DNA of 62,196 bases from an uncultured Enterobacteriaceae bacterium (GTDB lineage: Bacteria; Pseudomonadota; Gammaproteobacteria; Eutrophobiales; Eutrophobiaceae): assembly GCA_964392105.1 (NCBI GenBank), contig CAYMPA010000002.1, forward strand, positions 1 to 62,196, read 5' to 3'. This document shows, one piece after another, positions 50,638-61,489 of the stretch. The translations under genes were made by a program, and so were the position numbers. Position 1 is the stretch's first letter. Each line of letters starts with the position of its first letter. A model generated the notes under the pieces. That model worked only from the letters and a program-made list of their open reading frames with translations, ran no database searches and was not told where the DNA came from.

Positions 50638-52353
50638 ATGGCTGCTCCAACAAAAAAAATAAATCTCAGTGGGCTAGCACGAAAACTCGTGCTTGATGGC
50701 CTGCTTGATGAAGAAAAGGCAAAAAGCGCATTTGAAGAGTCACTAAAAAAGAAAAAACCTTTCGTTAGTCTTGTTGTTGAAAACAAACTTGTTCCCAGTA
50801 GTAGTATTGCATTAGCAGCAGCTCAAGAGTTTGGCGCACCGCTGGTAGACATCGATCTACTGGAAATTGACCCTGATATCATCAAATTGGTCAAAGAAGA
50901 ATTAATAAAAAAGCATCATGCATTACCTATATTCAAACGCGGGAAACGACTTGCTGTAGCTGTTTCCGATCCAACAAATATCCAGGCCCTGGACGAAATC
51001 AAATTCGCAACAGGCTTAACTACCGATGCCATTATCGTTGAGGAAGATAAACTCACTAACAATATAGAGAAAGCCCTGGAAGCCGCCGATGGTGGGCTGG
51101 GTGATATGGACGATGAGGACTTTGATGATCTGGATGATCTTGAGGTTGCGGAAGACAGCCCTCAAGATCAGGATGATTCTGAAGTAGACGATGCACCCGT
51201 AGTACGTTTTGTCAATAAATGCTTGCTGGATGCCATCAAGAGAGGCGCATCTGATCTACATTTTGAACCCTATGAAAAAGTGTATCGGGTCCGTTTTCGT
51301 ATAGACGGGGTTTTACAGGAAGTGGCAAAACCTCCTATGAGTCTTAACATGAAAATCGCAGCGCGTATAAAAGTTATGTCACGATTGGATGTCTCGGAAC
51401 GACGTGTACCCCAGGATGGTCGTATTAAACTCAAGCTCTCAAAAACAAAAGCTATCGATTTTCGTGTTAGTACCTGTCCCACGCTGTTCGGTGAAAAGAC
51501 CTGTATGCGTATTCTGGACTCAGACGCCGCTGCATTGCAGATCGATCAGCTGGGATATGAAGATCACCAGAAAGAAATGTTTTTATCAAACCTGCATAAA
51601 CCCTATGGCATGTTCCTCGTTACAGGGCCAACAGGTAGTGGGAAAACCGTATCACTTTATACCGGAATAAACATCCTGAATCAGGTTGATATTAATATTT
51701 CTACAGCAGAAGACCCGGTTGAAATCAATCTTCCCGGTGTTAATCAAGTCCAGGTTGACGAAAAAACGGGGATGACATTCGAAAAAGCCTTGAAGGCTTT
51801 CTTACGGCAAGATCCGGATATTATTCTGGTTGGGGAAATACGCGATCTGGGTACGGCTAGTATTGCAGTAAAAGCTGCACAAACAGGGCATATGGTCATG
51901 TCGACACTGCATACTAATGACTCCCCACAAACCCTGACCCGTCTACAAGACATGGGCATACAGGCATTTGCCGTTGCAACCAGTATTAACCTGATTACTG
52001 CACAACGGCTACTTCGACGCCTGAAGGATGACAACCGGGTCCCAATCGAAATGCCTGAAGGTGCCTTAAGAGATGAAGGTTTTCCTGAGGATATGATAAA
52101 AGCAGGTATTACTCTCTATGGCCCTGGCGAAGATACAGAAGATAACCCAGGATATAAGGGACGAGCGGGCATCTATCAAGTCATGCCCATATCAGATGAC
52201 ATGAAACGCCTGATTATCGAAGGCGCCAATGCGGTACAGTTGGCTGATCAAGCTGCATCTGAGGGTATATGGGACATCCGTAAATCAGGTTTAATGAAGG
52301 CTGCCGCTGGTGTTACCAGTCTGGTTGAAGTTAACCGAGTAACAGTAGAGTAA
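50638..52353 (+). CDS. pilB: Type IV pilus assembly ATPase PilB
   Basis: GspE-family N-domain, Walker A GPTGSGKT, Asp/His boxes. 571 aa. Confidence 0.93.
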   Translation: MAAPTKKINLSGLARKLVLDGLLDEEKAKSAFEESLKKKKPFVSLVVENKLVPSSSIALAAAQEFGAPLVDIDLLEIDPDIIKLVKEELIKKHHALPIFKRGKRLAVAVSDPTNIQALDEIKFATGLTTDAIIVEEDKLTNNIEKALEAADGGLGDMDDEDFDDLDDLEVAEDSPQDQDDSEVDDAPVVRFVNKCLLDAIKRGASDLHFEPYEKVYRVRFRIDGVLQEVAKPPMSLNMKIAARIKVMSRLDVSERRVPQDGRIKLKLSKTKAIDFRVSTCPTLFGEKTCMRILDSDAAALQIDQLGYEDHQKEMFLSNLHKPYGMFLVTGPTGSGKTVSLYTGINILNQVDINISTAEDPVEINLPGVNQVQVDEKTGMTFEKALKAFLRQDPDIILVGEIRDLGTASIAVKAAQTGHMVMSTLHTNDSPQTLTRLQDMGIQAFAVATSINLITAQRLLRRLKDDNRVPIEMPEGALRDEGFPEDMIKAGITLYGPGEDTEDNPGYKGRAGIYQVMPISDDMKRLIIEGANAVQLADQAASEGIWDIRKSGLMKAAAGVTSLVEVNRVTVE

Positions 52354-52358
52354 ACATT

Positions 52359-53579
52359 ATGGCTGAAGCAAAAAAAGCAGACATGTACCTCTGGGAAGGC
52401 ACGGACAAATCAGGCAAGCGTGTCAAGGGAGAAACAAGCGGCCAAAGTGAAGCACTTGTAAAAGCTTTACTAAGACGTCAGAGCATAAATCCCATCAAGG
52501 TTAAAAAGAAACCGAAACCACTGTTAGGTGGTGGTGGTCAAGCCAAAATAACCCCAAAAGATATAACAGTCTTCAGCCGTCAATTAGCAACCATGATGTC
52601 TTCTGGCGTGCCCCTGGTTCAGGCTTTTGAGATTGTGGGACGCGGTCATGAAAACGCAGGGATGCAGGAATTGATTCTTGCCATTAAAGGCGATGTAGAG
52701 GCAGGTAATAATCTGACTGAAGCTTTAAAGAAACATCCTATACAGTTTAATGACCTCTATTGCAATCTGGTAGAAGCAGGAGAACATGCCGGTATTCTAG
52801 AAGCTATCCTGCATAAGCTTGCAACCTATATGGAAAAAACCGAGGCACTAAAGTCCAAGATCAAATCAGCACTCTTTTATCCGGCTGCGGTCATTGTTGC
52901 AGCGGTTATTGTTGTTTCGATATTGATGATCTTTGTTATTCCACAGTTTTCTGAATTATTTTCAGATTTCGGTGCAGACTTACCTGCTTTGACACAGTTC
53001 CTGGTAGATGCTTCAGACTTCTTCGTGGCTTACTGGTACATTATTTTTGCAGTTATGGGCGGAACAGTATTCGGTGCAATGGAAATAAAACAGAGGTCGA
53101 CTGCTGTCCAGCAGTTTCTCGATCGCGCTGTTTTGAAAATTCCTGTTCTTGGCGAAATAATGGAAAAATCCGCTATTGCCCGTTTTGCAAGAACATTAGA
53201 GACAATGTTTGCAGCAGGCACACCTTTGGTTGAAGCGATGACTTCAGTGGCCGGTGCCTGCGGTAACATCGTTTTCTATGACGCAACCATGAAGATGAAA
53301 GACGAGGTTTCAACTGGCACACAACTCCAGGCTTGTATGCGTGATTCAGGTTTATTCCCAAACATGGTTGTGCAAATGGTAGCAATCGGAGAAGAATCAG
53401 GCGCCATTGATACCATGCTTGGTAAAGTTGCTGACTGGTACGAACAAGAGGTTGATGATGCTGTTGAGGCCTTAACAAGCCTGCTTGAACCAATGATTAT
53501 GGCCTTCTTGGGTGTCGTCATTGGCGGTATCGTTATTGGCATGTATCTACCAATCTTCAAAATGGGTGCGGTCGTATAA
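52359..53579 (+). CDS. pilC: Type IV pilus platform protein PilC
   Basis: Duplicated GspF-type domain, 406 aa, between pilB and pilD. Confidence 0.92.
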   Translation: MAEAKKADMYLWEGTDKSGKRVKGETSGQSEALVKALLRRQSINPIKVKKKPKPLLGGGGQAKITPKDITVFSRQLATMMSSGVPLVQAFEIVGRGHENAGMQELILAIKGDVEAGNNLTEALKKHPIQFNDLYCNLVEAGEHAGILEAILHKLATYMEKTEALKSKIKSALFYPAAVIVAAVIVVSILMIFVIPQFSELFSDFGADLPALTQFLVDASDFFVAYWYIIFAVMGGTVFGAMEIKQRSTAVQQFLDRAVLKIPVLGEIMEKSAIARFARTLETMFAAGTPLVEAMTSVAGACGNIVFYDATMKMKDEVSTGTQLQACMRDSGLFPNMVVQMVAIGEESGAIDTMLGKVADWYEQEVDDAVEALTSLLEPMIMAFLGVVIGGIVIGMYLPIFKMGAVV

Positions 53580-53664
53580 AATCGATACATACACATAAGA
53601 TCTGAATTCTATATCAATACATTCACTAATTACTTAGTGGGTTATCATTTTAGCGAGACTACTC

Positions 53665-54543
53665 GTGTCACTAATTGTTGAATTATTTAATATCTATCCA
53701 TTCTTTTATTTATGTACTATTTTTATTTTGGGGCTACTGGTTGGTAGTTTTCTAAACGTAGTCATACTGAGACTGCCTGTTATGATGGAAAGGGATTGGA
53801 AAATACAATGTTGCGAGTTACTTGATCTTGTTGACCCTGGAAATAATAAAGAAAAAACAAATTTTAATCTGATCACTCCACGCTCACATTGTCCAGCTTG
53901 CAATCATCAAATTAGCGTGACCGAAAACATTCCTGTTTTTAGTTACCTTTTCCTGAAAGGAAAATGCAGCAACTGTGGGAATAAAATATCTATTCGTTAC
54001 CCTCTTATTGAACTAGTTAGCGCCTTAACTGTAGTTACTGTTGCATTTTATTTTGGTGTTTCATTACAGGCATTGTTTGCTATATGCCTTACCTGGGCAC
54101 TAATTGCTTTAAGCATGATTGATTTTGATCATCAACTACTACCTGATGATATAACCCTACCTTTACTCTGGCTTGGATTTATTATTAACCTGTTTAATAT
54201 TTTTACCGATATTGAATCAAGCGTTCTCGGTGCCATATTTGGTTATGGCTCACTATGGTTTGTCTACATTATATTTAAATTAATCACAGGAAAAGAAGGG
54301 ATGGGGCATGGTGATTTCAAATTATTAGCTGTTTTGGGTGCATGGTTTGGCTGGCAATCACTTCCCCTGATAATCATATTATCGTCCCTGGTTGGTGCTA
54401 TTATTGGTATCTCATTGATAATCTTTAAATCTCATGACAGAACTACAGCAATACCATTTGGCCCATATTTGGCAATTGCCGGCTGGGTTTCCATGTTATG
54501 GGGACCATATATTATGTCTGCTTATTTAAATACAGTAATTTAA
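53665..54543 (+). CDS. pilD: Prepilin peptidase / N-methyltransferase PilD
   Basis: A24 peptidase. Cys-rich CPACNH..CSNCG cytoplasmic loop, GHGDFKL catalytic Asp motif. GTG start. Confidence 0.9.
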   Translation: MSLIVELFNIYPFFYLCTIFILGLLVGSFLNVVILRLPVMMERDWKIQCCELLDLVDPGNNKEKTNFNLITPRSHCPACNHQISVTENIPVFSYLFLKGKCSNCGNKISIRYPLIELVSALTVVTVAFYFGVSLQALFAICLTWALIALSMIDFDHQLLPDDITLPLLWLGFIINLFNIFTDIESSVLGAIFGYGSLWFVYIIFKLITGKEGMGHGDFKLLAVLGAWFGWQSLPLIIILSSLVGAIIGISLIIFKSHDRTTAIPFGPYLAIAGWVSMLWGPYIMSAYLNTVI

Positions 54544-54544
54544 A

Positions 54545-55153
54545 ATGTCAGTAGTATTACGCATTGCGTTAACTGGCGGTATTGGAAGTGGTAAATCAAC
54601 TGTCGCATCAATATTTCAGGAAATTGGAGCACCAGTCATCGATTCAGATGTAATATCCAGAAATATTGTCAAACCGGGCAAGCCATGTTTTAAAACCATT
54701 ATCAATGAATTCGGTGCTGATCTATTAACCAATGAAGGAATTCTTGATCGATGTAAACTACGTAATATCATATTTAACGATGAAAATGCGAAAAAAAAAC
54801 TTGAAGGTATACTACATCCTGTCATTTATCAGGAAATAAAAGAACAGATATCTACTGTAGATTTTCCATATTGTTTAATAGTAGTACCGTTACTTATCGA
54901 AACACAGGCAATGGACCATTTTGATCGGATACTGCTTGTTGATATACCAGAACATTTACAGATCAAAAGAGCTGTCGACAGGGATAAAATATCATCCAAA
55001 ATTGTAGAAAAAATTATAAAAACCCAGGCAAGCCGTAAGCAACGTCTAATATATGCTAACGATACTATTGACAACAACGTTAATATTGAAGAACTTGATA
55101 AAACTGTGCACAGATTACACGATAAGTACCTGAAATTAAGTGGCCAGGAATAA
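54545..55153 (+). CDS. coaE: Dephospho-CoA kinase
   Basis: LTGGIGSGKST P-loop. 202 aa. It follows pilD, as in Pseudomonas. Confidence 0.9.
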   Translation: MSVVLRIALTGGIGSGKSTVASIFQEIGAPVIDSDVISRNIVKPGKPCFKTIINEFGADLLTNEGILDRCKLRNIIFNDENAKKKLEGILHPVIYQEIKEQISTVDFPYCLIVVPLLIETQAMDHFDRILLVDIPEHLQIKRAVDRDKISSKIVEKIIKTQASRKQRLIYANDTIDNNVNIEELDKTVHRLHDKYLKLSGQE

Positions 55154-55204
55154 CAAAATATGAATAATTATTTCTATTGAAAGCAATTATTAGTGTAAAT
55201 AATA

Positions 55205-55975
55205 ATGCAAAGTAAAATAATATTTGAACAACCACTAAACGAAAGGATGAGAAATCTTTTACGTTTAGAGCACCTTTTCGAACTCATAAAATTTCGTTCG
55301 CAAGATACAGTAGAGTGGGATTGCAGAAGCGTTCTAGAATCCCTTCTTGAAATAAATGATCTATTAAGCCGTTCTGATTTAAAAACTGAATTAATAAAGG
55401 AATTAGAACGCCATTCATCAATGCTCACGTCGCTGGAAAATAATCCTGCAGTTGATAAGCATAGATTAAATACAATAAAAAGTGAAATTATTGAATTATT
55501 AATAAAACTTAGAGATAACACACATCAACCGGGTAACCAATTAAAAAATGATGAATTGGTGACAAGCTTTAAACAACGAATAAGTATACCTGGAGGAACT
55601 TGTAATTTTGATTTACCCCGACTTCATTACTGGCTAAATCTACCTGGAGCAAAACGAAAACAAGATTTGAGTAAATGGTCAATTGATCTTGTTCCAATAA
55701 AAAAGTCGACTTTTCTGGCTTTAGATATGTTAAGAAATAGCACTAATCCTGTCAGAGAAAAAGCTGAATCCGGATTTTATCAAAAACCTCTTGAATCAAA
55801 TCTTTCCTGCCAATTGATTAGAGTATTTTTACCATCAGCCAGTCGTTATTATCCGGAAATTAGTGGTGGTAAACATCGATTTACCATACGTTTCATGGAG
55901 GAAACTACGACGGATACCAGGCCGATTCAAACCAAAAACGACGTTGATTTTGAGCTTCATTGCTGCATTCTATGA
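55205..55975 (+). CDS. zapD: Cell division protein ZapD (YacF)
   Basis: IIFEQPLNERMRNLLRLEHLF N-terminus. 256 aa. Located between coaE and yacG. Confidence 0.85.
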   Translation: MQSKIIFEQPLNERMRNLLRLEHLFELIKFRSQDTVEWDCRSVLESLLEINDLLSRSDLKTELIKELERHSSMLTSLENNPAVDKHRLNTIKSEIIELLIKLRDNTHQPGNQLKNDELVTSFKQRISIPGGTCNFDLPRLHYWLNLPGAKRKQDLSKWSIDLVPIKKSTFLALDMLRNSTNPVREKAESGFYQKPLESNLSCQLIRVFLPSASRYYPEISGGKHRFTIRFMEETTTDTRPIQTKNDVDFELHCCIL

Positions 55976-56163
55976 ATAAAAAAGTTATTTGCCCGTATTG
56001 CGAAAAAGAGTCTGAACTCAGTAATTCAAACCCACATCGCCCATTTTGTTCTGAACGTTGTCAACTAATAGACTTAGGTCAATGGATTGAAGAATCTTAT
56101 ACAATACGTGAAACATCAACACCAGATTCTGATACTAAATCTGCTTTTTTACAAAAGCACTGA
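55972..56163 (+). CDS. yacG: DNA gyrase inhibitor YacG (zinc finger)
   Basis: CPYC..FCSERCQLIDLGQW motif. The ATG at 55972 forms an ATGA overlap with the zapD stop. Confidence 0.85.
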   Translation: MNKKVICPYCEKESELSNSNPHRPFCSERCQLIDLGQWIEESYTIRETSTPDSDTKSAFLQKH

Positions 56164-56166
56164 TTC

Positions 56167-57144
56167 TTATAGCGAATTAATAATTCGACCTGGAGAGGCC
56201 GAATTCCAGATTGCTCCAATCATAGCTATTCCATAAGCACCATGGGATTTAGCAACTTTTAAATCAGCCGGTGTCATACCACCAAGTGCGTATACAGGGA
56301 ATTTAACTTTCTTTCTGAGATTATTAAAATTATCCCACCCTAATGCTTTCTGTTCAGGATGACTTTTGGTAGTAGAGACCGGAGATATAAATGCATAGTT
56401 AACATTTAATTTTGATGCGTGGGTCAATTCTTCCAAATTATGACATGATGCACCTAAAATATATTCTTCACTTATTGGCCTGCTTGCGTGATTTATAAGT
56501 TCACTAGATTTAAAATGCACGCCATCTATATCATATTTTTTGATATCCGTAGCCGTTCCGTTCAGTATCAACTTTGCATTATATTGATTTGCCAATACTC
56601 TTAGCTTCTCTACTATTTGTTGAATATTCTTATTCCCTTCTGACCGTAACCTTAACTGGAAAACTTTCAGGCCTGCAGTTAAACACTCACTGACAACAGA
56701 AAATAAACGAGAATAGTCTTCATATGATTCCTGGCTGATTACATAAACCGGAGCTAATGAAATTGTTTGAATAATATATTTATTCGCCTCAGGAAACTCA
56801 TAATTATTTAAATTATTTATTTTTGTCCAGTTTATCTTCTGATTTTCGCGACTTACAGGCTCTCCACTCCATTCATGTATTTTCCAGACATCAAGTAAAA
56901 TTTTCTTATCAGGATAATCATGACAAATAGTTGTAAATTGTTCCGCACTTTTAACAATTATTCCAAGCTCTTCAAATAATTCACGGTTTAAAGCAGTTCG
57001 TATATCCTCGTTTGACTCAACCTTACCACCCGGAAACTCCCAAAAACCGGCCAGATGCTGTTTATCAGTTCTTTTTGTTATTAATACTTTATCTTTATTT
57101 GGATTGTAAATAACGCCAACAGCAACATGCGTTCTTTTTTTCAT
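56167..57144 (-). CDS. Nudix (MutT-like) hydrolase fused to a thiamine-phosphate-synthase-like (TMP-TENI) domain
   Basis: Nudix box GFWEFPGGKVESNEDIRTALNRELFEELG in the N-terminal half. The C-terminal half is ThiE-like (YALGG..GAYGIA). Its position next to argJ-secA is as in Pseudomonas. Confidence 0.8.
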   Translation of the reverse strand: MKKRTHVAVGVIYNPNKDKVLITKRTDKQHLAGFWEFPGGKVESNEDIRTALNRELFEELGIIVKSAEQFTTICHDYPDKKILLDVWKIHEWSGEPVSRENQKINWTKINNLNNYEFPEANKYIIQTISLAPVYVISQESYEDYSRLFSVVSECLTAGLKVFQLRLRSEGNKNIQQIVEKLRVLANQYNAKLILNGTATDIKKYDIDGVHFKSSELINHASRPISEEYILGASCHNLEELTHASKLNVNYAFISPVSTTKSHPEQKALGWDNFNNLRKKVKFPVYALGGMTPADLKVAKSHGAYGIAMIGAIWNSASPGRIINSL

Positions 57145-57150
57145 CTTGTT

Positions 57151-58371
57151 TCAAGTACGATATTCTGCGTTTATGGTTACGTATTCATGTGACAAGTCCG
57201 TCGTCCATATCTCTTCCTTACATATACCTCTATTAAGACTTACTGCTAATATTATCTCATCCTGAATCATGACTTTTTTTCCTTCATTTTCAGTATATGT
57301 TTTTGAACGCTGACCATTTTCAACAATACATAAGTCATCTAAATAGATATTAACTTTATTTATATCCAAATCATGAATATCTGAATTTCCAATTGCCGCA
57401 ATAATCCTTCCCCAATTAGGATCTGATGCAGTAAATGCTGTTTTTACCAATGGTGATTCAGCAATCTTATATGCTACAGCAAGACATTCTGCCTGCTCTT
57501 TTCCACCACTGACCTCTAAAGATATAAATTTCGATGCGCCTTCACCATCCCTGACGATAGCTTGTGCCAAATCACAACAGACTTTTATAAGTGCATTTTC
57601 TAATATATTAAATGCATTATTATCCTGTTTATCTATTAACGGGTTATTTGCTTTACCCGTGGCAAATAATACACAAGCATCGTTAGTTGACGTATCCCCA
57701 TCAATTGTAATTCGATTAAAACTTTTACTAACAGCAGTTGACAGTATTTTATCCAGCATATCTTCAGTAAGATTCGCATCTGTTGCAATAAATGAAAGCA
57801 TGGTCGCCATATCTGGTTTTATCATACCCGCACCTTTTGCAATGCCGGTTATACTGACTGTAGTTCCCCCTATACTTACCTGACTGGATACTGCTTTGGG
57901 AATCGTATCTGTAGTCATTATTGCTTTTGCAGCATTAAGCCAGTTGTCATCAGATAAATTTTCAACCAAGGCTGGTAACGTTTTGTTTATTTTTTCTACA
58001 GGCAATTCTTCTCCAATCACACCTGTTGAAAATGGAAGCACCTCTTCTTCCTTACTATCTGTTAAATTTGCTAATGTTTTACAGGTGTTACTCGAATTTG
58101 AAAGCCCTTGATCACCAGTTCCTGCATTTGCATTACCTGCATTAATCAAACAATAACGTGGCTCAGACTTATTCAAATGTTGTTTTGCAATTTGAACAGG
58201 GGCAGCGCAAAACAGATTTTTAGTAAAAACTGCTGAAACCACACTGCCTTCAGCAATCTCTATCAAGCTTAGATCATCTCGTTTTTCAGCATATAAATTT
58301 GCACACTCTGCAGAAAGGCGAATACCTTTTATTGGTAAAAGTGATGTGGGAAATTCCAAACCAACTGACAT
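57151..58371 (-). CDS. argJ: Bifunctional ornithine acetyltransferase / N-acetylglutamate synthase ArgJ
   Basis: KGAGMIKPDMATML autoprocessing site, TIDGDTSTND, and the terminal INAEYRT. 406 aa. Confidence 0.93.
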   Translation of the reverse strand: MSVGLEFPTSLLPIKGIRLSAECANLYAEKRDDLSLIEIAEGSVVSAVFTKNLFCAAPVQIAKQHLNKSEPRYCLINAGNANAGTGDQGLSNSSNTCKTLANLTDSKEEEVLPFSTGVIGEELPVEKINKTLPALVENLSDDNWLNAAKAIMTTDTIPKAVSSQVSIGGTTVSITGIAKGAGMIKPDMATMLSFIATDANLTEDMLDKILSTAVSKSFNRITIDGDTSTNDACVLFATGKANNPLIDKQDNNAFNILENALIKVCCDLAQAIVRDGEGASKFISLEVSGGKEQAECLAVAYKIAESPLVKTAFTASDPNWGRIIAAIGNSDIHDLDINKVNIYLDDLCIVENGQRSKTYTENEGKKVMIQDEIILAVSLNRGICKEEIWTTDLSHEYVTINAEYRT

Positions 58372-58379
58372 TTATTTAG

Positions 58380-58690
58380 CCTAGCATTTAGTAATTAGTG
58401 CATTTTAATTGGTCACAGAGTACATAAGACTGCATGGATCTCGATGCCCCTTGAGGGTACGCAGGAGGTAGGACAATGCCTGGAGCAATTGTCGAGAGAA
58501 AAAATACTAATATTCCAATAAAACATCTAAAAACAACGCATTACCATGTGTTAGAGCCATCCTCTTTTTATTTTGCATTATAAGCTTTTGCCTATCTCTG
58601 TGCCCTCGAAAATCTGTTCCATACATTTTCTATCACCTACTTCCCTGTAGGCGTCTGTGGCTTTGTTGATATTCAACAACTATTTTCTAG
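58380..58690 (+). repeat. MITE-like family member between secA and argJ
   Basis: The left end CCTAGCATTTAGTAATTAG and right end CAACAACTATTTTCTAG resemble the ends of the 45716-46097 element. The 42-nt core at 58430-58471 is identical (reverse complement) to 47687-47728. The hairpin CCTACttccctGTAGG lies at 58636-58651. Confidence 0.7.
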
Positions 58691-58706
58691 CACAATAGTT
58701 GAACAA

Positions 58707-61403
58707 TCAACTTAGCTTGCCATGACATTGCTTATACTTCTTGCCTGAACCACATGGACACGGCTCATTACGCCCTACCTTTGGTTTATTTCGCACATAT
58801 GGTTTTTCAGAAGAGCCTTTTTCGGATGAATCAGTGTTTAAACTGTTTGGAGCAGAAGGATGGCTAAATTTCATCTTTTGTTTATGTTCTTTATTTTCAG
58901 CCATTTCAATGTCTTCTTCAGTCCTGATTACCACTTTGGAAAGAAAAACGACTACATCATGCTTTATGTTATCAAGCATATGCACAAACAAATCAAAGGA
59001 TTCGCGTTTATATTCTTGTTTAGGGTTTTTTGCCGCAAAACTTCTAAGATGGATACCCTGTCTGAGATGGTCCATGTTGATGAGATGTTCTTTCCAGTGT
59101 TTATCTAACACATCAAGCATGATCTGCTTTTCAATACGTCTCATTAATTCAGGAGTAATTACCTTTTCTTTATCTTCTGCAACTTTTGTCAATGCTTCAT
59201 GAATCTTTTCACGTAAAGTCTCTTCATGTAATAACTTATCTTGTTCAAGCCAACTGTTGATATCGAGTGATATATCAAACTCATGCTGAAGTGCTTCTTC
59301 TAAGCCATTGATATCCCACATTTCATCCATACTTCCAGGTGGAATATAATCATCTATAACCCCCTCAATGATATCAAATCGCATCGCACTAACTTCTTCA
59401 GCAACTGTTTCTCCTTCAAGCAAATCATTTCGTTGCTGATAAATGACTTTTCTCTGGTCATTGGCAACATCATCAAAATCAAGTAAATGTTTTCGAATAT
59501 CAAAATTATGCGCTTCTACTTTACGTTGTGCATTTTCTATTGCACGAGATACCAGTTTGGATTCAATCGCCTCACCTTCTTCCATGCCAAGTTTCTGCAT
59601 AATTGCAGAAACACGATCAGAAGCAAAAATCCGCATCAAATTATCTTCCAATGAAAGATAAAAGCGACTTGAACCAGGATCGCCTTGACGTCCTGACCGG
59701 CCACGAAGCTGATTATCTATACGTCGTGATTCATGTCGTTCTGTACCAATAATATGCAAGCCACCACTATTAATAACTTGTTTATGACGCTTATTCCAAT
59801 CCTTTTTTAGAGTATCTATTTGTTTTGCGTTTGGTTCTGATAATGCCTTGATTTCAGCTTCATAATTACCACCCAGCACAATATCTGTACCGCGGCCTGC
59901 CATATTTGTAGCGATCGTGACTGTGCCCTGACTACCTGCCTGGGCAATGATCTCAGCTTCTTTTTGGTGAAATTTGGCATTTAATACCTGATGTTTAATT
60001 TTTTCCTTATCAAGTAAATTAGACAGGTACTCTGATACTTCAATCGATGCGGTACCAACCAATACAGGTTGGCCATTAGACTGACAACTTTTTATATCTT
60101 CAATAATGGCCGTATATTTTTCCCTGGCAGACAGGAAAACAACATCACTTTGATCATCTCGAATCATTTTCATGTGGGTCGGTATAACAACAACTTCAAG
60201 GTCATAGATTGTCTGGAATTCGAAAGCTTCCGTGTCTGCAGTACCCGTCATACCAGATAACTTTGAATATAAGCGGAAATAATTTTGATAAGTTATAGAT
60301 GCGAGAGTCTGGTTTTCATTTTGTATTGGTACACCTTCTTTTGCTTCTATAGCCTGGTGTAGTCCATCAGACCAACGACGACCTTGCATTGTACGCCCAG
60401 TAAATTCATCGACAATAACAACTTCATTGTCCTTAACAATATAATCAACATCATTCTGGAATAAGTGATGTGCCCTTAGTGCAGCATTCAAATGATGCAG
60501 GATACTGATATTTACCGGGTCATATAATCCCTGTTCTTCTTTAATAACATTATTTTCTCTTAGTAATTGTTCAATATGATCATGTCCATCTTCAGTAAAA
60601 TAGGCCTGTTTTGATTTTTCATCCAGAGTAAAATCACCAGGCCCATCTTCAGTTTTTTGGACAACTAACTTGGGGATTAATGCATTGATGGTAAGATATA
60701 ATTCAGATTTGTCATCCACCATTCCTGAAATAATCAATGGTGTTCTGGCTTCATCAATAAGGATTGAATCCACTTCGTCAACGATAGCAAAATTTAATCC
60801 TTTTTGAACACGGCCTTCCTTACTAAATGCCATATTGTCGCGTAAATAATCAAACCCGAATTCATTATTTGTTCCATAAGTGATATCACACTGATATGCT
60901 GCCTTTCTCTCTTCCATCGACAGACCAGATACAATTACACCTGTGCTTAGCCCAAGAAAACTGTATAACTGGCCCATCCATTCAGCATCACGTTTAGCCA
61001 GATAATCATTAACGGTAATGATATGAACTCCTGAACCTGACAGGGCATTTAAACAAGCAGACAATGTTGCAACCAGTGTTTTACCTTCACCTGTTCGCAT
61101 TTCTGCAATATTGCCATTATGCAGCACCATGCCACCAATCAGTTGCACATCAAAATGACGCATATTCAAAACGCGTCGGCCTGCCTCTCGTACTAATGCA
61201 AATGCTTCAGGCAATATTTCATCCAGATTTTCACCCTGTTTAACTCTTTCTTTTAATTGATTAGTTTTATCAGGAAAATCCGAATCACTTAGCAATTTCA
61301 GATCATCTTCCAGAGAATTAATTTGCTTTACTATCTTGCTTAATTGTTTGATTATCCGATCATTTCGGGTACCAAATATTTTTTTTGCCAAGTCTATAAT
61401 CAT
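58707..61403 (-). CDS. secA: Preprotein translocase ATPase SecA
   Basis: 898 aa. Full-length SecA motifs ([38 protein letters not shown]) and a C-terminal zinc finger [14 protein letters not shown]. Confidence 0.97.
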   Translation of the reverse strand: MIIDLAKKIFGTRNDRIIKQLSKIVKQINSLEDDLKLLSDSDFPDKTNQLKERVKQGENLDEILPEAFALVREAGRRVLNMRHFDVQLIGGMVLHNGNIAEMRTGEGKTLVATLSACLNALSGSGVHIITVNDYLAKRDAEWMGQLYSFLGLSTGVIVSGLSMEERKAAYQCDITYGTNNEFGFDYLRDNMAFSKEGRVQKGLNFAIVDEVDSILIDEARTPLIISGMVDDKSELYLTINALIPKLVVQKTEDGPGDFTLDEKSKQAYFTEDGHDHIEQLLRENNVIKEEQGLYDPVNISILHHLNAALRAHHLFQNDVDYIVKDNEVVIVDEFTGRTMQGRRWSDGLHQAIEAKEGVPIQNENQTLASITYQNYFRLYSKLSGMTGTADTEAFEFQTIYDLEVVVIPTHMKMIRDDQSDVVFLSAREKYTAIIEDIKSCQSNGQPVLVGTASIEVSEYLSNLLDKEKIKHQVLNAKFHQKEAEIIAQAGSQGTVTIATNMAGRGTDIVLGGNYEAEIKALSEPNAKQIDTLKKDWNKRHKQVINSGGLHIIGTERHESRRIDNQLRGRSGRQGDPGSSRFYLSLEDNLMRIFASDRVSAIMQKLGMEEGEAIESKLVSRAIENAQRKVEAHNFDIRKHLLDFDDVANDQRKVIYQQRNDLLEGETVAEEVSAMRFDIIEGVIDDYIPPGSMDEMWDINGLEEALQHEFDISLDINSWLEQDKLLHEETLREKIHEALTKVAEDKEKVITPELMRRIEKQIMLDVLDKHWKEHLINMDHLRQGIHLRSFAAKNPKQEYKRESFDLFVHMLDNIKHDVVVFLSKVVIRTEEDIEMAENKEHKQKMKFSHPSAPNSLNTDSSEKGSSEKPYVRNKPKVGRNEPCPCGSGKKYKQCHGKLS

Positions 61404-61489
61404 TCAAAGTGTCTACATTATTATATCGCGTGAAGTGTCACGTAATTTACGCAAAATGAATTCTAATCGGAAAGTTAATTACAGGAAAA

